From a virus: 64,000 bases of DNA. The position numbers were made by a program, and so were the translations under genes. The stretch is from the IMG/VR virus record IMGVR_UViG_3300032770_000003, positions 1-64,000 of that record, one strand, 5' to 3'. The notes under the pieces are model-generated. The model searched no databases, had not been told where the DNA came from, and was given only the letters and a program-made list of their open reading frames with translations. Positions within the stretch are counted from its first letter, which is position 1, and each line of letters opens with the position of its first letter. Below, one piece after another: positions 32,253 through 41,168 of this stretch.

Positions 32253-32324
32253 TGAGCTGCCGGCGACTTGCACGCCGCTAGTCGGTTTAAGAGACCGATC
32301 CGTCGCTATCTACGGTTGCAGCCC
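32253..32324 (-). tRNA. tRNA-Lys(CTT)
   Basis: loop CUCUUAA. Confidence 0.82.
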
Positions 32325-32473
32325 GTTTCTTGTAAGCCGGCTCGTGTTTCGTCCAGCGAGTATCCTTCAATCAACGCGAGGTAGATTCCCTGATCTCCCA
32401 GTCCAGACAACTCCTTTGCTCGGGCAGTAGCCCATTCAACCTGTTCGTCCAGTGTAAGCAACCTTCTGCGCAT
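32306..32473 (-). CDS. 55-aa ORF between two tRNA-Lys genes
   Basis: MRRRLLTLDEQVEWATARAKEL...; ATG 3 nt after the upstream tRNA, stop inside the downstream tRNA. Confidence 0.4.
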   Translation of the reverse strand: MRRRLLTLDEQVEWATARAKELSGLGDQGIYLALIEGYSLDETRAGLQETGCNRR

Positions 32474-32476
32474 CTG

Positions 32477-32550
32477 TGCAGCCGACAGGACTTGAACCTG
32501 CTCAGTCCGTCTTAAAAGGACGGTGCCCAGACCAGTCGGGCGCCAGCTGC
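32477..32550 (-). tRNA. tRNA-Lys(TTT)
   Basis: loop CUUUUAA. Confidence 0.88.
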
Positions 32551-32555
32551 ATCGG

Positions 32556-32642
32556 TCGGCGGGGTGGGAATCGAACCCACCGGCGACCCGAAGGTCAACG
32601 CGTTTACGGCGCGCCCGGACTCCATTGTCCTGTTTCCCGCCG
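32556..32642 (-). tRNA. tRNA-Tyr(GTA) with C1:G72
   Basis: loop CCGUAAA (C33); long variable arm. Confidence 0.8.
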
Positions 32643-32678
32643 AAAAGGTCAGCGGGCGTTTATACGCAGGATCGGCCA

Positions 32679-32846
32679 TCAGTTCTCCCCTCCTCTCCGG
32701 ATGCGAGTCTTGCGCACCAGATCTTGCCAGCGATGCAAGCCGGGCTTCAGCTTGCCGTTTTTGTCACGAAGTTCCAATTCACCTTTTTCGTTGATGTACC
32801 GAGCTATGACTTGCTCGGCAGCTCGAACCAGCTTGGGCTTCCTCAA
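32679..32846 (-). CDS. small basic protein, first gene after the attenuator
   Basis: GGAGG RBS then TTG; MRKPKLVRAAEQVIARY... Confidence 0.5.
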   Translation of the reverse strand: MRKPKLVRAAEQVIARYINEKGELELRDKNGKLKPGLHRWQDLVRKTRIRRGGEN

Positions 32847-32862
32847 GGCTGCCTCCAAAACG

Positions 32863-32897
32863 AAAAAAGCCGCCTCGAAGAAGTTCTCCGGGCGGCT
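32863..32897 (-). terminator. intrinsic terminator of the array attenuator
   Basis: AGCCGCC-CGGAGAACUUCUUCGA-GGCGGCU followed by UUUUUCGUUUU. Confidence 0.85.
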
Positions 32898-32923
32898 GAT
32901 GCAGGGGTCAATGACTTGACTCG

Positions 32924-33076
32924 TTACATCAGCCACCCTTTATCTTCGGTCGTCCCAAACTCCGGATGGCAGACTGTTGAGCTTGGGACACTCGGATTCG
33001 CGGCAGCGTACACCCAACCGCGTCGGGGCTTGAGGCCCTCGCGGAGAATCTGGGTGGACAGCTGCTGCGACAACAT
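32924..33076 (-). CDS. putative attenuator leader peptide (50 aa, all 20 amino acids)
   Basis: MLSQQLSTQILREGLKPRRGWVYAAANPSVPSSTVCHPEFGTTEDKGWLM*; its 3' end pairs with the terminator 5' arm. Confidence 0.7.
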   Translation of the reverse strand: MLSQQLSTQILREGLKPRRGWVYAAANPSVPSSTVCHPEFGTTEDKGWLM

Positions 33077-33088
33077 GATGACCAATTC

Positions 33089-33117
33089 ACGGTAGGCACA
33101 GGGCGATCGAGATGCAA
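33089..33117 (-). promoter_or_regulatory. sigma70-type promoter of the tRNA/Y RNA array
   Basis: TTGCAT-17-TACCGT with an upstream A6 tract. Confidence 0.65.
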
Positions 33118-33174
33118 GGACTTTTTTCTGGGTTCCTCCTTGACTCGCGATTTCCCTACGCTTTACCTGTCTAG

Positions 33175-33930
33175 TCAGACACTGATCGGGCCGCCGTAGT
33201 CAATGAATCCTACGTTGATCTCGCTGATCAAGCGGACACGCTCGTAGACCCCGTCTCCGTCACGGGAGCCCGCCACGTTGGTATTCCCCTCCACGGTCAG
33301 GATCTCGCCCGCGCGGACTCCGGTCACGAGACCGGTATGACCGTGGTCGTTCCCGTGATCGATGATGAAAACCGACCCCACCGCGATCTTGGTCGGATCG
33401 TCGAACGCCATCCCGGCCAGGAGCTTCGTCGCCGGAGGCGACGCCGCCCACAGCTCAGCCACTGAGCCCGTCTTCACGCAAGGATTGGGAACGTTCAATT
33501 TAAGCGCCGCGTTATCGAAGCACCAGTAGACAAAACACGCACACCAGGCGTAGCCCTTGGTCGGATCGAGCCCGACTGACTGGACGTAGAGATCAACCAT
33601 GGGGCCCCGGTTCGGAACCCCCTTGGTCTCGCGCACCCCGACCTGGGATGTGGCCTGTTCGAGCAACGCCCGCAGCAGCTTCGACTTGGGCGTGATCTGG
33701 ATCGGATTCGGTTGATAGAAGAGCGCTGTCCACGTGCGCGGACCGACGACTCCATCAGCCGGCAGACCACGCCGAGTCTGGAAGAGCTTGACGGCACTCT
33801 CCGTCGCGGGACCATAGTAGCCATCGATCGCGGAAGGATCGCAGCCCACCAGCGCCAGCTGGCGCTGAACCTCCAGCACAGACGACGCCGGGCCACTGTT
33901 GAGGCGAAGGGCTCGACCAGGATAAGTCAT
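33175..33930 (-). CDS. endolysin: peptidoglycan-binding domain plus CHAP amidase
   Basis: DGYYGPAT..AVK.FQ...GL..DGVVGP.TW; AWCACFV, GHTGLV, TVEGNT. Confidence 0.92.
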   Translation of the reverse strand: MTYPGRALRLNSGPASSVLEVQRQLALVGCDPSAIDGYYGPATESAVKLFQTRRGLPADGVVGPRTWTALFYQPNPIQITPKSKLLRALLEQATSQVGVRETKGVPNRGPMVDLYVQSVGLDPTKGYAWCACFVYWCFDNAALKLNVPNPCVKTGSVAELWAASPPATKLLAGMAFDDPTKIAVGSVFIIDHGNDHGHTGLVTGVRAGEILTVEGNTNVAGSRDGDGVYERVRLISEINVGFIDYGGPISV

Positions 33931-34084
33931 CGTCGCAATCCTCAGAAGCAAAGCAGGCAGAGATACTTCGAACCTGGTGGGCGAGGATCGAGCTGGACAA
34001 CGAAGGCGCGATGACCACAGCTCAGATGAATCACAGTGACGCCGTTAGGATTCCTGTGCTGACCGATGATCGTTCGCGTGACGC

Positions 34085-34450
34085 CTATTTTCGGCGGCTG
34101 CGAGGTGGCGGCGGTGCCGTTGGAACTCTCGTCTTCGTTTCCTCGGTGGGCGGAGTCCATGCCTTCTCCCACTGCTTGCGCTCACTCGGTGGCTGATTGA
34201 GAACTTTCTCGTTCCACTGTCGATCGATCTCTGCTTCGTTGTGTTCGGCGACAGCTGCTTCGCGCTCGCGGCGCGCCGCCTGGCGACAGCGCCAGCACTT
34301 CTTCGGTAGCGGGAATCCCTCCCGCGCCAGGAAAGCCTGATCCTTCTCGGAGACGTAGAACTCCGATTGGCAATCAGGATTGGCACACCTACGGTAGATG
34401 CGTTCAAACTTCGGCATAGAATTTTGCGCCTGGCTCATCACAAAGCCCAT
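34085..34450 (-). CDS. zinc-ribbon protein
   Basis: C..PDCQSEF..S..DQ.F....G...PKKC..CR. Confidence 0.7.
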   Translation of the reverse strand: MGFVMSQAQNSMPKFERIYRRCANPDCQSEFYVSEKDQAFLAREGFPLPKKCWRCRQAARREREAAVAEHNEAEIDRQWNEKVLNQPPSERKQWEKAWTPPTEETKTRVPTAPPPPRSRRK

Positions 34451-34779
34451 GGAGCGTCAGGGTTGAGCATGTTGACTGATACGTTATCCTCGCTCTGGGG
34501 TGCCTCGTCTTCTGTGGCATGTTCGACCAAAGCACGCTGGTCACCAGACAGTTCCTTCAAGACGACCTGTAGTCGATGAATGGGAAGGTGTTGAAGCTGA
34601 GAAACACCGTCGTCGAACTCCACCAAAGCCCACGTCAGACCTGCCTCCTTGACGGTGCCATGAGCACCGGCGAAGCGTGCGTTCGATGTGGTCAGCCGGA
34701 CGCGCATCCCTGGCACGGCGGTGACATGCGTTAACGTGGGCCCGACGTCTGAGCCACGTGGGTGGCGGCGTGCGATCAT
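34438..34779 (-). CDS. hypothetical SH3/KOW-like protein
   Basis: PGMRVRL...GTV....ALVEFD. Confidence 0.5.
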   Translation of the reverse strand: MIARRHPRGSDVGPTLTHVTAVPGMRVRLTTSNARFAGAHGTVKEAGLTWALVEFDDGVSQLQHLPIHRLQVVLKELSGDQRALVEHATEDEAPQSEDNVSVNMLNPDAPWAL

Positions 34780-35552
34780 TCCTTCGTCTCGCTTTCAGGG
34801 CCATTCTCAGTCTTAGTGTCAGTACCAGCGTCCGCGTCTACTGTCTCGACAACGACAGCATCCACCACGCCCGCCTCCAGGGTCGGTTCAGCTAGCGTAG
34901 TCCGAAGCGACTCCTGAAGCAAAGCTTGCGCAACGCGTTCACGCATCTCAGGGGACCAGTCAAGATGCAGCGTGTGCTTGTGCTCATGTTCGACTTGCTG
35001 CGGCTTTTCGGGGTCCTTGACTATGACCCCGGTATCGATCAGAGCGCTGAACTCGTCGCGTTGCACAGCCCGAAGGACGTCAAGTGCCTTCAACTTGTAG
35101 CGCACCTCATCCGTCGAATAGTACTCAGACCAGGTCCGTTGACGGATCTCTTCGAAGCGCGCGAGCCCCTCACCAAGATACTTCTGCTTGTCGAAGTCGG
35201 TGATGACTTTTTTGTTCTCAGACTGCACAGCATCCAGATCTCTGCTTACGGTATGAATGTTGAGGTTCATTACCTTGGCAATCTGTGCCATCTGCAGCCC
35301 CTGCATGCGCAGCTTGGCCACCTGTTGCCGGCGCTCGAACTGCTCCCACTTCGAGAGCCGCGCCATGGCTCCATCTGAGCGTCTCGGTAGCTTGGGCTTC
35401 TCCGGTACCTTGCGCGGTCGTCCCGGTCGCCGCTTGACTTGCTCTTCGACGCTGGGTAGCGGGTAGCGCTCCTTCGGCGGATCCTGCGCAGCGACGGGAC
35501 GTCGCCGCAGACGTGGTACAGAAGGGGGCTTAGGTGCTTCGTCGTCGGGCAT
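34776..35552 (-). CDS. HTH protein, possible terminase small subunit
   Basis: RRQQVAKLR.QG....QIA.......TVSRDL; adjacent to terL. Confidence 0.6.
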   Translation of the reverse strand: MPDDEAPKPPSVPRLRRRPVAAQDPPKERYPLPSVEEQVKRRPGRPRKVPEKPKLPRRSDGAMARLSKWEQFERRQQVAKLRMQGLQMAQIAKVMNLNIHTVSRDLDAVQSENKKVITDFDKQKYLGEGLARFEEIRQRTWSEYYSTDEVRYKLKALDVLRAVQRDEFSALIDTGVIVKDPEKPQQVEHEHKHTLHLDWSPEMRERVAQALLQESLRTTLAEPTLEAGVVDAVVVETVDADAGTDTKTENGPESETKE

Positions 35553-35583
35553 ACTATACCAGCATGAAATGAGGATGACAGAG

Positions 35584-37407
35584 CTACATCACGATAATGC
35601 TTTGTCTTTTCATCCGTTCGAAGGCAATGGTCGCGTAGTTAGTTGCGTGGGTGAAATGCGGGTCTTGCCCCAGGTACACCCAAACCATCTTGAACTTCCC
35701 GGTCTCCTCATCGAGGATCTCTTTCTGACGGACGATGCCCTTGAGGTGGGTCCAGTAGACTTGGCGACAGATCGCTTCAGCAGCGAAGCGACCATCCTTG
35801 TTCCGCATCACCTGCACCAGCCCATCCGGGTGGGGCATCTCGATCTCGCGCTTCACGAACTGAGACAGCGTGAAGTCGATGGACGAGTAGCGGTTGAGCA
35901 CGACTTGCCACTTCATCTTGATCTGGCGGGAGCCACGCTTGATCGTCTCCTTGTACTTGAGACGGTCCGCCCACATCGCCATGTCCTTCTGGATCTCGGT
36001 GCCATACCAGGCGACGAAGACGCGACCAGGGAAGGTGCGCGCCAGCTCTGTCGCCTCGTTGTAGTTGGGCATGGCATCGACCACTGTCATGCTGATGTTG
36101 TACTCGCGGATCAGCTGATAGACCCGCTTGAAGGGAGTGACAGGATTGCCGGCTTCCCAGTAGCCAGGGTTGTCTCGATCCACGATCTCCAGGTGGACAA
36201 CCTGTTTTTTGCCGTCCGGCGCTCGCCGCAGAATCACGACGTAGACGTTGCCGCCGTGCTGATCGACGCCCATCGCAAACGAGCCCTTGTGGCGGCCCTC
36301 ATCCTTCGTCCACCGCAGCTCGGGATTCACGCAGTTCTGTAGCACCGCATCCGTGACCGGAACGTTCTCCTCATCAACGAATGGCTTACCCAGCTTGGCG
36401 TTGAAAAACTCTTTCTTGTGCGTGGTGCGGTTGTAGAAGTCCCAGATCTCCTTGGGCGTGATGAACTTCGAGATGAACTGGCTGATGTGATAACTCGGAT
36501 ACGCACCCCCAGGGTTGTGGGCAATGTATCGACCATTCTGCGCATCATGAATCCGAACCTTGCATCGCGGGCAACGAAGGTAGACCTCCTTACCGGTGTC
36601 CACAATACACTCCGGGAACACCTCGGATGGAATCAGCCCGTCAGGACAAGCACACTTGATGTGCCAGTACATCTGCGTCCCATAGAGGAACCGGCGATGG
36701 ATGTCCAAGTACGGATAGCCAGCCGTCGAGACGTACATCTTGTACTTGAAGGTGGAGTGAGACACGCGCTCGATCGCCTGATCGATGTCCTGTTGATTGC
36801 AGAGTCGGACCTCATCGAAGGCGAGGATATCTAGAGGAACGGAGTCCTTCGACGCCTTCCCCCCCAGGTAGAGCATGTAGAGCGACGACAGCTTGCCGTT
36901 GGTGTTGGTGATGTGCTTGAGCTGGAGAGCGTCCTTGGTCTCAGCTTCCTCGACAGCTCCCCGCAGCTCGGGAATCGAAGTGATCAGCGGACCGATGCGG
37001 TCCTTGGACAGGTTCATCACCCCTTCCTGGGTGGGGAAGTACAGACCTGCCTTGATCGTGTTGTAGCGGCAGAACCACAGAAGGCGCAAGACCTCATAGA
37101 TGGTCGCGCCCATCTGGGCCGACTTCATCCACACGATCTCTTTCTCCTGCTCCATGTAGAGCGGCAGGAGGTAGCGGTGGTTGTCGAAGTCGAACGGACG
37201 ACCATCGACCTCGACACCGCTGTACTGTGCCCAGAGGGGAAAGTTGCTGAAGGTCAGCATGCGAAGCTGCTCAGGAGTCGCGTTCCGGAGCATCTCATGC
37301 GTATCCAGCGGCTTGATGCCCTGGTGAAAGGCAGGGGCCTGCCCGTTCGCGGGTGGCACCACAGCGGCCTTGCGCGGGGGGTGCTTCTTGACCTCGGTGT
37401 CAGGCAT
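35584..37407 (-). CDS. terL: terminase large subunit (GpA-like)
   Basis: KSAQMGAT Walker A, LAFDE Walker B, VST, YHISQ, FFNAKLG.P, MGVD, DPHF.HA..Y. Confidence 0.9.
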   Translation of the reverse strand: MPDTEVKKHPPRKAAVVPPANGQAPAFHQGIKPLDTHEMLRNATPEQLRMLTFSNFPLWAQYSGVEVDGRPFDFDNHRYLLPLYMEQEKEIVWMKSAQMGATIYEVLRLLWFCRYNTIKAGLYFPTQEGVMNLSKDRIGPLITSIPELRGAVEEAETKDALQLKHITNTNGKLSSLYMLYLGGKASKDSVPLDILAFDEVRLCNQQDIDQAIERVSHSTFKYKMYVSTAGYPYLDIHRRFLYGTQMYWHIKCACPDGLIPSEVFPECIVDTGKEVYLRCPRCKVRIHDAQNGRYIAHNPGGAYPSYHISQFISKFITPKEIWDFYNRTTHKKEFFNAKLGKPFVDEENVPVTDAVLQNCVNPELRWTKDEGRHKGSFAMGVDQHGGNVYVVILRRAPDGKKQVVHLEIVDRDNPGYWEAGNPVTPFKRVYQLIREYNISMTVVDAMPNYNEATELARTFPGRVFVAWYGTEIQKDMAMWADRLKYKETIKRGSRQIKMKWQVVLNRYSSIDFTLSQFVKREIEMPHPDGLVQVMRNKDGRFAAEAICRQVYWTHLKGIVRQKEILDEETGKFKMVWVYLGQDPHFTHATNYATIAFERMKRQSIIVM

Positions 37408-38257
37408 CGTCCTCAGCCTCAGAAGCCGATCGACCAACCACCGGCTTCATCTCCTCTTCCAGCTCAGCGTCTTGCGCACCAGCGAGGACCACGTCCTTGA
37501 CACTCGTGTCGAGCGCAGCCAGCCCCAAGACGAGCGCGCCCGTGAGCACCACATTCATGTCCAGGTGCTCGGCAAGACACTTCTTGGCGATCCGCCCGAT
37601 CACCCGGCGTAGCTGGGTATTGGTCTGGACCGTGAGGTGGATCTTCCCTCCGTTGAGGAAGTACATGAACGAGTGCGGAACCGTGTCGCCGTACTCGGCA
37701 AAGAGCTTGTTGAGGATGACGGTCATCCCCTCGACCAACCTCGTCGGATCGCCCTGAGTCACCTCTCGGATTCCGCGTTGCTCCTTCTCGTGCTGCTTCT
37801 TGTAGTTCTTGGCGAACGACTCGACGCTGGTGAAGCCCAGCACGTCAGCGATCTGATCAGGAGTGTACGGAGTGCGAATGCTGTCCACCAACCGCGTGAA
37901 CCGCTCAGTGTTGATCTGGCCAGCGATCAGGTTGCGACGGACCACCTTGATCTTGGCCTTCTCAGCATTCCAGTCCTTGACCACGCAATCAGCGTGCGTG
38001 TAGCCGTGCAGCTTGAGCGCGCGAAAGCGGTGGTTACCAGAGACCACCGTCCAGCCCGGCTTGTTCTCGATCTGCATCCGGTCTACTACGATGAGAGGCT
38101 GATCGAATCCATCCTCCTGAATCTCCATCAGGAGGTTGTTGAAGACGAGTGACGCCTCCTCATTGGGATTGTCAACGAACTCGTAGAGGTCTGCCAAAGG
38201 TAAGAGAACAGTCGCTACCTTGGCGTCTTTCCGTCGCTGCCCTACGGCCTTTGCCAT
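37400..38257 (-). CDS. ParB/Srx-like nuclease domain protein
   Basis: NPNE...I..DGFDQPLIV...VVSGNHRFRA. Confidence 0.8.
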   Translation of the reverse strand: MAKAVGQRRKDAKVATVLLPLADLYEFVDNPNEEASLVFNNLLMEIQEDGFDQPLIVVDRMQIENKPGWTVVSGNHRFRALKLHGYTHADCVVKDWNAEKAKIKVVRRNLIAGQINTERFTRLVDSIRTPYTPDQIADVLGFTSVESFAKNYKKQHEKEQRGIREVTQGDPTRLVEGMTVILNKLFAEYGDTVPHSFMYFLNGGKIHLTVQTNTQLRRVIGRIAKKCLAEHLDMNVVLTGALVLGLAALDTSVKDVVLAGAQDAELEEEMKPVVGRSASEAEDDA

Positions 38258-38817
38258 GTCAATCCTATATCGACAATTCGCGTTATGAACCGGTGCTCCG
38301 GCACGAACCTCAGATCGGGGGGTACCGTTGACTTTCGGACATCAGAGGCAAACTCGCGAAACCGCATGGCGTCATTAGATCCAGTGGGCGCAAAAGTAAC
38401 TACAGATGTCAAGAATACACCAGCCTGAGGTTGCAACCCGACGATTTCTCGATTTGAGAGGTTCGATAGACCCAGTGCAGCAGGTGGAACCCCGCTCGCC
38501 ACCATGCGCATCGCCAGCTCTTGACCGCAGTCACAAGCGCGTGACACTGCCGCGACGACGCCTCCCGGTCGCACCAACTTGAGTGCTCGGTCTCGCAGTT
38601 TTCGCCGCGCCTCCAGGTCAGGCAAAAAGTTAAAGCAGTACATGAGCCCCACAGCATCCCAAGCGGAACCTCCGTCGGAGACCAAGAGGTGCTCGTGAGG
38701 CTCATCGACGATGATGACACCTTCGCGCCCGGCGAAGACCCGTGACATCCACCCGGTGCCTGACGTGGCCTGCTTAGCCAACCTCAGTGCCGGTCCTTCG
38801 ATACCAAGGATTCTCAT
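38242..38817 (-). CDS. SAM-dependent methyltransferase-like protein
   Basis: WDAV...Y..NFLPD...R......LVRPGG. Confidence 0.5.
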   Translation of the reverse strand: MRILGIEGPALRLAKQATSGTGWMSRVFAGREGVIIVDEPHEHLLVSDGGSAWDAVGLMYCFNFLPDLEARRKLRDRALKLVRPGGVVAAVSRACDCGQELAMRMVASGVPPAALGLSNLSNREIVGLQPQAGVFLTSVVTFAPTGSNDAMRFREFASDVRKSTVPPDLRFVPEHRFITRIVDIGLTWQRP

Positions 38818-39221
38818 CGCTGAAGGCTCTTGGACATCTCATCCGCTTCCGTGTTCTGTTCGCGCGGAATCCAGATGTAGCCCACGCGTGGAAACACTGT
38901 CGCCACCTCCCAAACCATGTCGCGAAGGCGGACCAGGTGTTGGGTGTAGCAGCCATACACCGCCAGAAGCTGGCGGACGATCAACTGACTATCGGTGTAG
39001 ATCTGAACCTGCTCTCCAACATAGCCGTTTGCTGACAGCCAGAGCAGAGCTGAGAGAACCGCTCCGTACTCAGCCACGTTGTTGGTCATCTTGGGATGCA
39101 CACCCAGATCGTCTGAGTGCTTGGCTACCAGCTGGCCTTCGTCATTCCGGATCACCCAACCTGTGTAGCCACGTCCCCCGGGGTTGGGCCCGGTGATCGA
39201 GCCGTCACAGAAGACGATCAC
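38814..39221 (-). CDS. rnhA: ribonuclease HI family protein
   Basis: FCDGS..NPG, TNNVAEY, TDSQL, WIPREQN.EAD. Confidence 0.92.
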   Translation of the reverse strand: MIVFCDGSITGPNPGGRGYTGWVIRNDEGQLVAKHSDDLGVHPKMTNNVAEYGAVLSALLWLSANGYVGEQVQIYTDSQLIVRQLLAVYGCYTQHLVRLRDMVWEVATVFPRVGYIWIPREQNTEADEMSKSLQR

Positions 39222-39754
39222 ACACGCTCCTTGTACGTCACCACGGCTTGCGTGAGCTGAACCACCTTGTCAGCAGCGCGATGGAGCGTTCGCGACAGTG
39301 AGTTGTCAAAGCTGAAAACCATGGTTTCCTTGCCGTACCGTCGCAGGTAGTCGAGCAGCATAGCGAAGTCACCGTCACCACTCATGAGCACGAACAGGTC
39401 GTACTCAGGCATGTGATGAATCGCATCGATCGTGATGCCCACGTCCCAATCGGTGTTCGTTGGCTGCTTGACCTCGGTCTTCAAGACCTTGGCATAGACC
39501 ATGTCGCGAGCGCGCACGCGAAACCCGTAGTGCCCGAGTGCCTTCCGAAAGACCTCGTTCGCCGGCTTCGTCCTCTCATGCATGACGACATACGCGATCA
39601 GCGTCTGCTGAACCAGACGCGGATGCATGAGCGCAGGCACTACCGTACTGAGAAGTCCAAAGTCGATACGAGCGTTGTCTCCGAACTGCCGGCGGCAGCT
39701 CCTCACCAGGTTAGCGACGTCGCACGCGACGAAGACGCGCGTGGGCGGCTCCAT
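39218..39754 (-). CDS. NYN (LabA/DUF88) domain protein
   Basis: DVAN; DWDVGITID; SGDGDF. Confidence 0.9.
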   Translation of the reverse strand: MEPPTRVFVACDVANLVRSCRRQFGDNARIDFGLLSTVVPALMHPRLVQQTLIAYVVMHERTKPANEVFRKALGHYGFRVRARDMVYAKVLKTEVKQPTNTDWDVGITIDAIHHMPEYDLFVLMSGDGDFAMLLDYLRRYGKETMVFSFDNSLSRTLHRAADKVVQLTQAVVTYKERV

Positions 39755-39876
39755 TCATCGCTTGCCCTTCTCCAGCTTGTTATCCTTACACTTGCAGCGG
39801 GTCATAGGTTGACCACAAGCAGGACAAGTCGGAACAGTGACTGGTGGTCTTGTCTTCGGAGATCTCGACATGGGAA

Positions 39877-40434
39877 TCACCTCGCAGACATTTGACGGAT
39901 GGTCTGCACCTCAGTGCTGGTCAGGCAGGTGATCCCCACCGCAACCGAGTCATAGATGTGCTCATGCAAGGAGGGAGGGCGGGTGGTCGCAGCCAAGCCG
40001 AGCACGTCGGGGTAGCGTGCCAGCACTGCTGCCTGGATCGCCTCTTTCGAGGCGTCGAGGCGACCACACAGAGCCTTCTTCACCGACTGAGGTGTCGCTT
40101 GCAGCACCGGGATCTGCCTGAGCGCAGCCACCGCCGAGAGCACCCCCCACGCCATGCCCTGCAGCTGCATGGCGTGGGCGTTCTTTGAGCCCTGCTGAGA
40201 CTCTGCACAGATCAGCGTTGGCTCGAAGGTGTTGATCAAGGTCTCGATCCCCTTGGCCAGCTCCATAGCACAGCGATGATTGTCGTCGGACTGCAGAACC
40301 TTTCGCTTCTTGTCGATCTTGGTCGTGTTGAAGACCCCGCCGGCCACAATCTGCTCACCCTTCGGCTCGAACCGCAGCACCGCCCAGCCAAAGTGGCGAA
40401 AGGCAGGGTCCAAAAGCAGGAGTTGCGCCTTCAC
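39877..40434 (-). CDS. ruvC: RuvC-like Holliday junction resolvase
   Basis: LDP....GWAV, AE, TPQSVKK...G...ASK, DSVAVG. Confidence 0.85.
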   Translation of the reverse strand: MKAQLLLLDPAFRHFGWAVLRFEPKGEQIVAGGVFNTTKIDKKRKVLQSDDNHRCAMELAKGIETLINTFEPTLICAESQQGSKNAHAMQLQGMAWGVLSAVAALRQIPVLQATPQSVKKALCGRLDASKEAIQAAVLARYPDVLGLAATTRPPSLHEHIYDSVAVGITCLTSTEVQTIRQMSAR

Positions 40435-41156
40435 GGCTGCTGCGGGTCACTCGATGTGATCGGTACCGGTACACCAACTTTGGTGTGCGTGGCCACGGGT
40501 GGATCTTCCTCTCCCAGGGTCGGCGCGATGTTGTATGCCATCGGAGCGCCCACATTCTTGTTGTCCAGGGCCATGAAATCCATGGTGGCCGTTGCGTTCG
40601 CCATAAACATGTGCTGAATGCCGCTCGAACTCGGTGTGTAGTGAGAGGCGACCTGGATACCGATCTTGGACGCCTCGATCGCAGCGTTGACATCAGCACC
40701 CAGATAGACGAACTGCCAAGCGTATTTTTCGCGCTGGTGCTTGATCATCTCTGAGATTCGAGCTGCACCGTTGAGATGGATGCTGAATTCCTTCGAGGCG
40801 TTCTCCATACCATCGGTGATGATCAGGAAGAGCACCTTCTCGGGGCGATCCCACTCAGCCATCCGGGCGAGTCGTTCGCCCACGCTGTTTATCGTTCTCG
40901 CCACAGCATCGTAGAGTGCAGTCATGTCACGAGGGACCAGGCGCAGCGGAGGCACGTGATGGACGTCGAGCCCTTCGTAGACCGGATTGTACTCACTGTC
41001 GAACTGATAGAGGGACACACGACAGATGACCCCCTTCACCTCCCGCTGCTTGGCCATGAAGGCGTTGAATCCCCCCTCCATGTCTCGCGCAATTGGCTCC
41101 ATGGAGCCGGAGCGATCGAGTAGCACTACGATTTCCGTGTAGCCTGGTCTGGTCAT
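40431..41156 (-). CDS. vWA domain protein
   Basis: LLDRSGSM, TALYDA, IITDGMENAS. Confidence 0.9.
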   Translation of the reverse strand: MTRPGYTEIVVLLDRSGSMEPIARDMEGGFNAFMAKQREVKGVICRVSLYQFDSEYNPVYEGLDVHHVPPLRLVPRDMTALYDAVARTINSVGERLARMAEWDRPEKVLFLIITDGMENASKEFSIHLNGAARISEMIKHQREKYAWQFVYLGADVNAAIEASKIGIQVASHYTPSSSGIQHMFMANATATMDFMALDNKNVGAPMAYNIAPTLGEEDPPVATHTKVGVPVPITSSDPQQP

Positions 41157-41168
41157 GGTTCCTCCTTT

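Noticed and set aside
24284-33095. Many 60-190 aa ORFs overlapping tRNA genes
   Set aside because: They are translations of tRNA or ncRNA sequence; only ORFs with domain motifs or clear spacer placement were kept.
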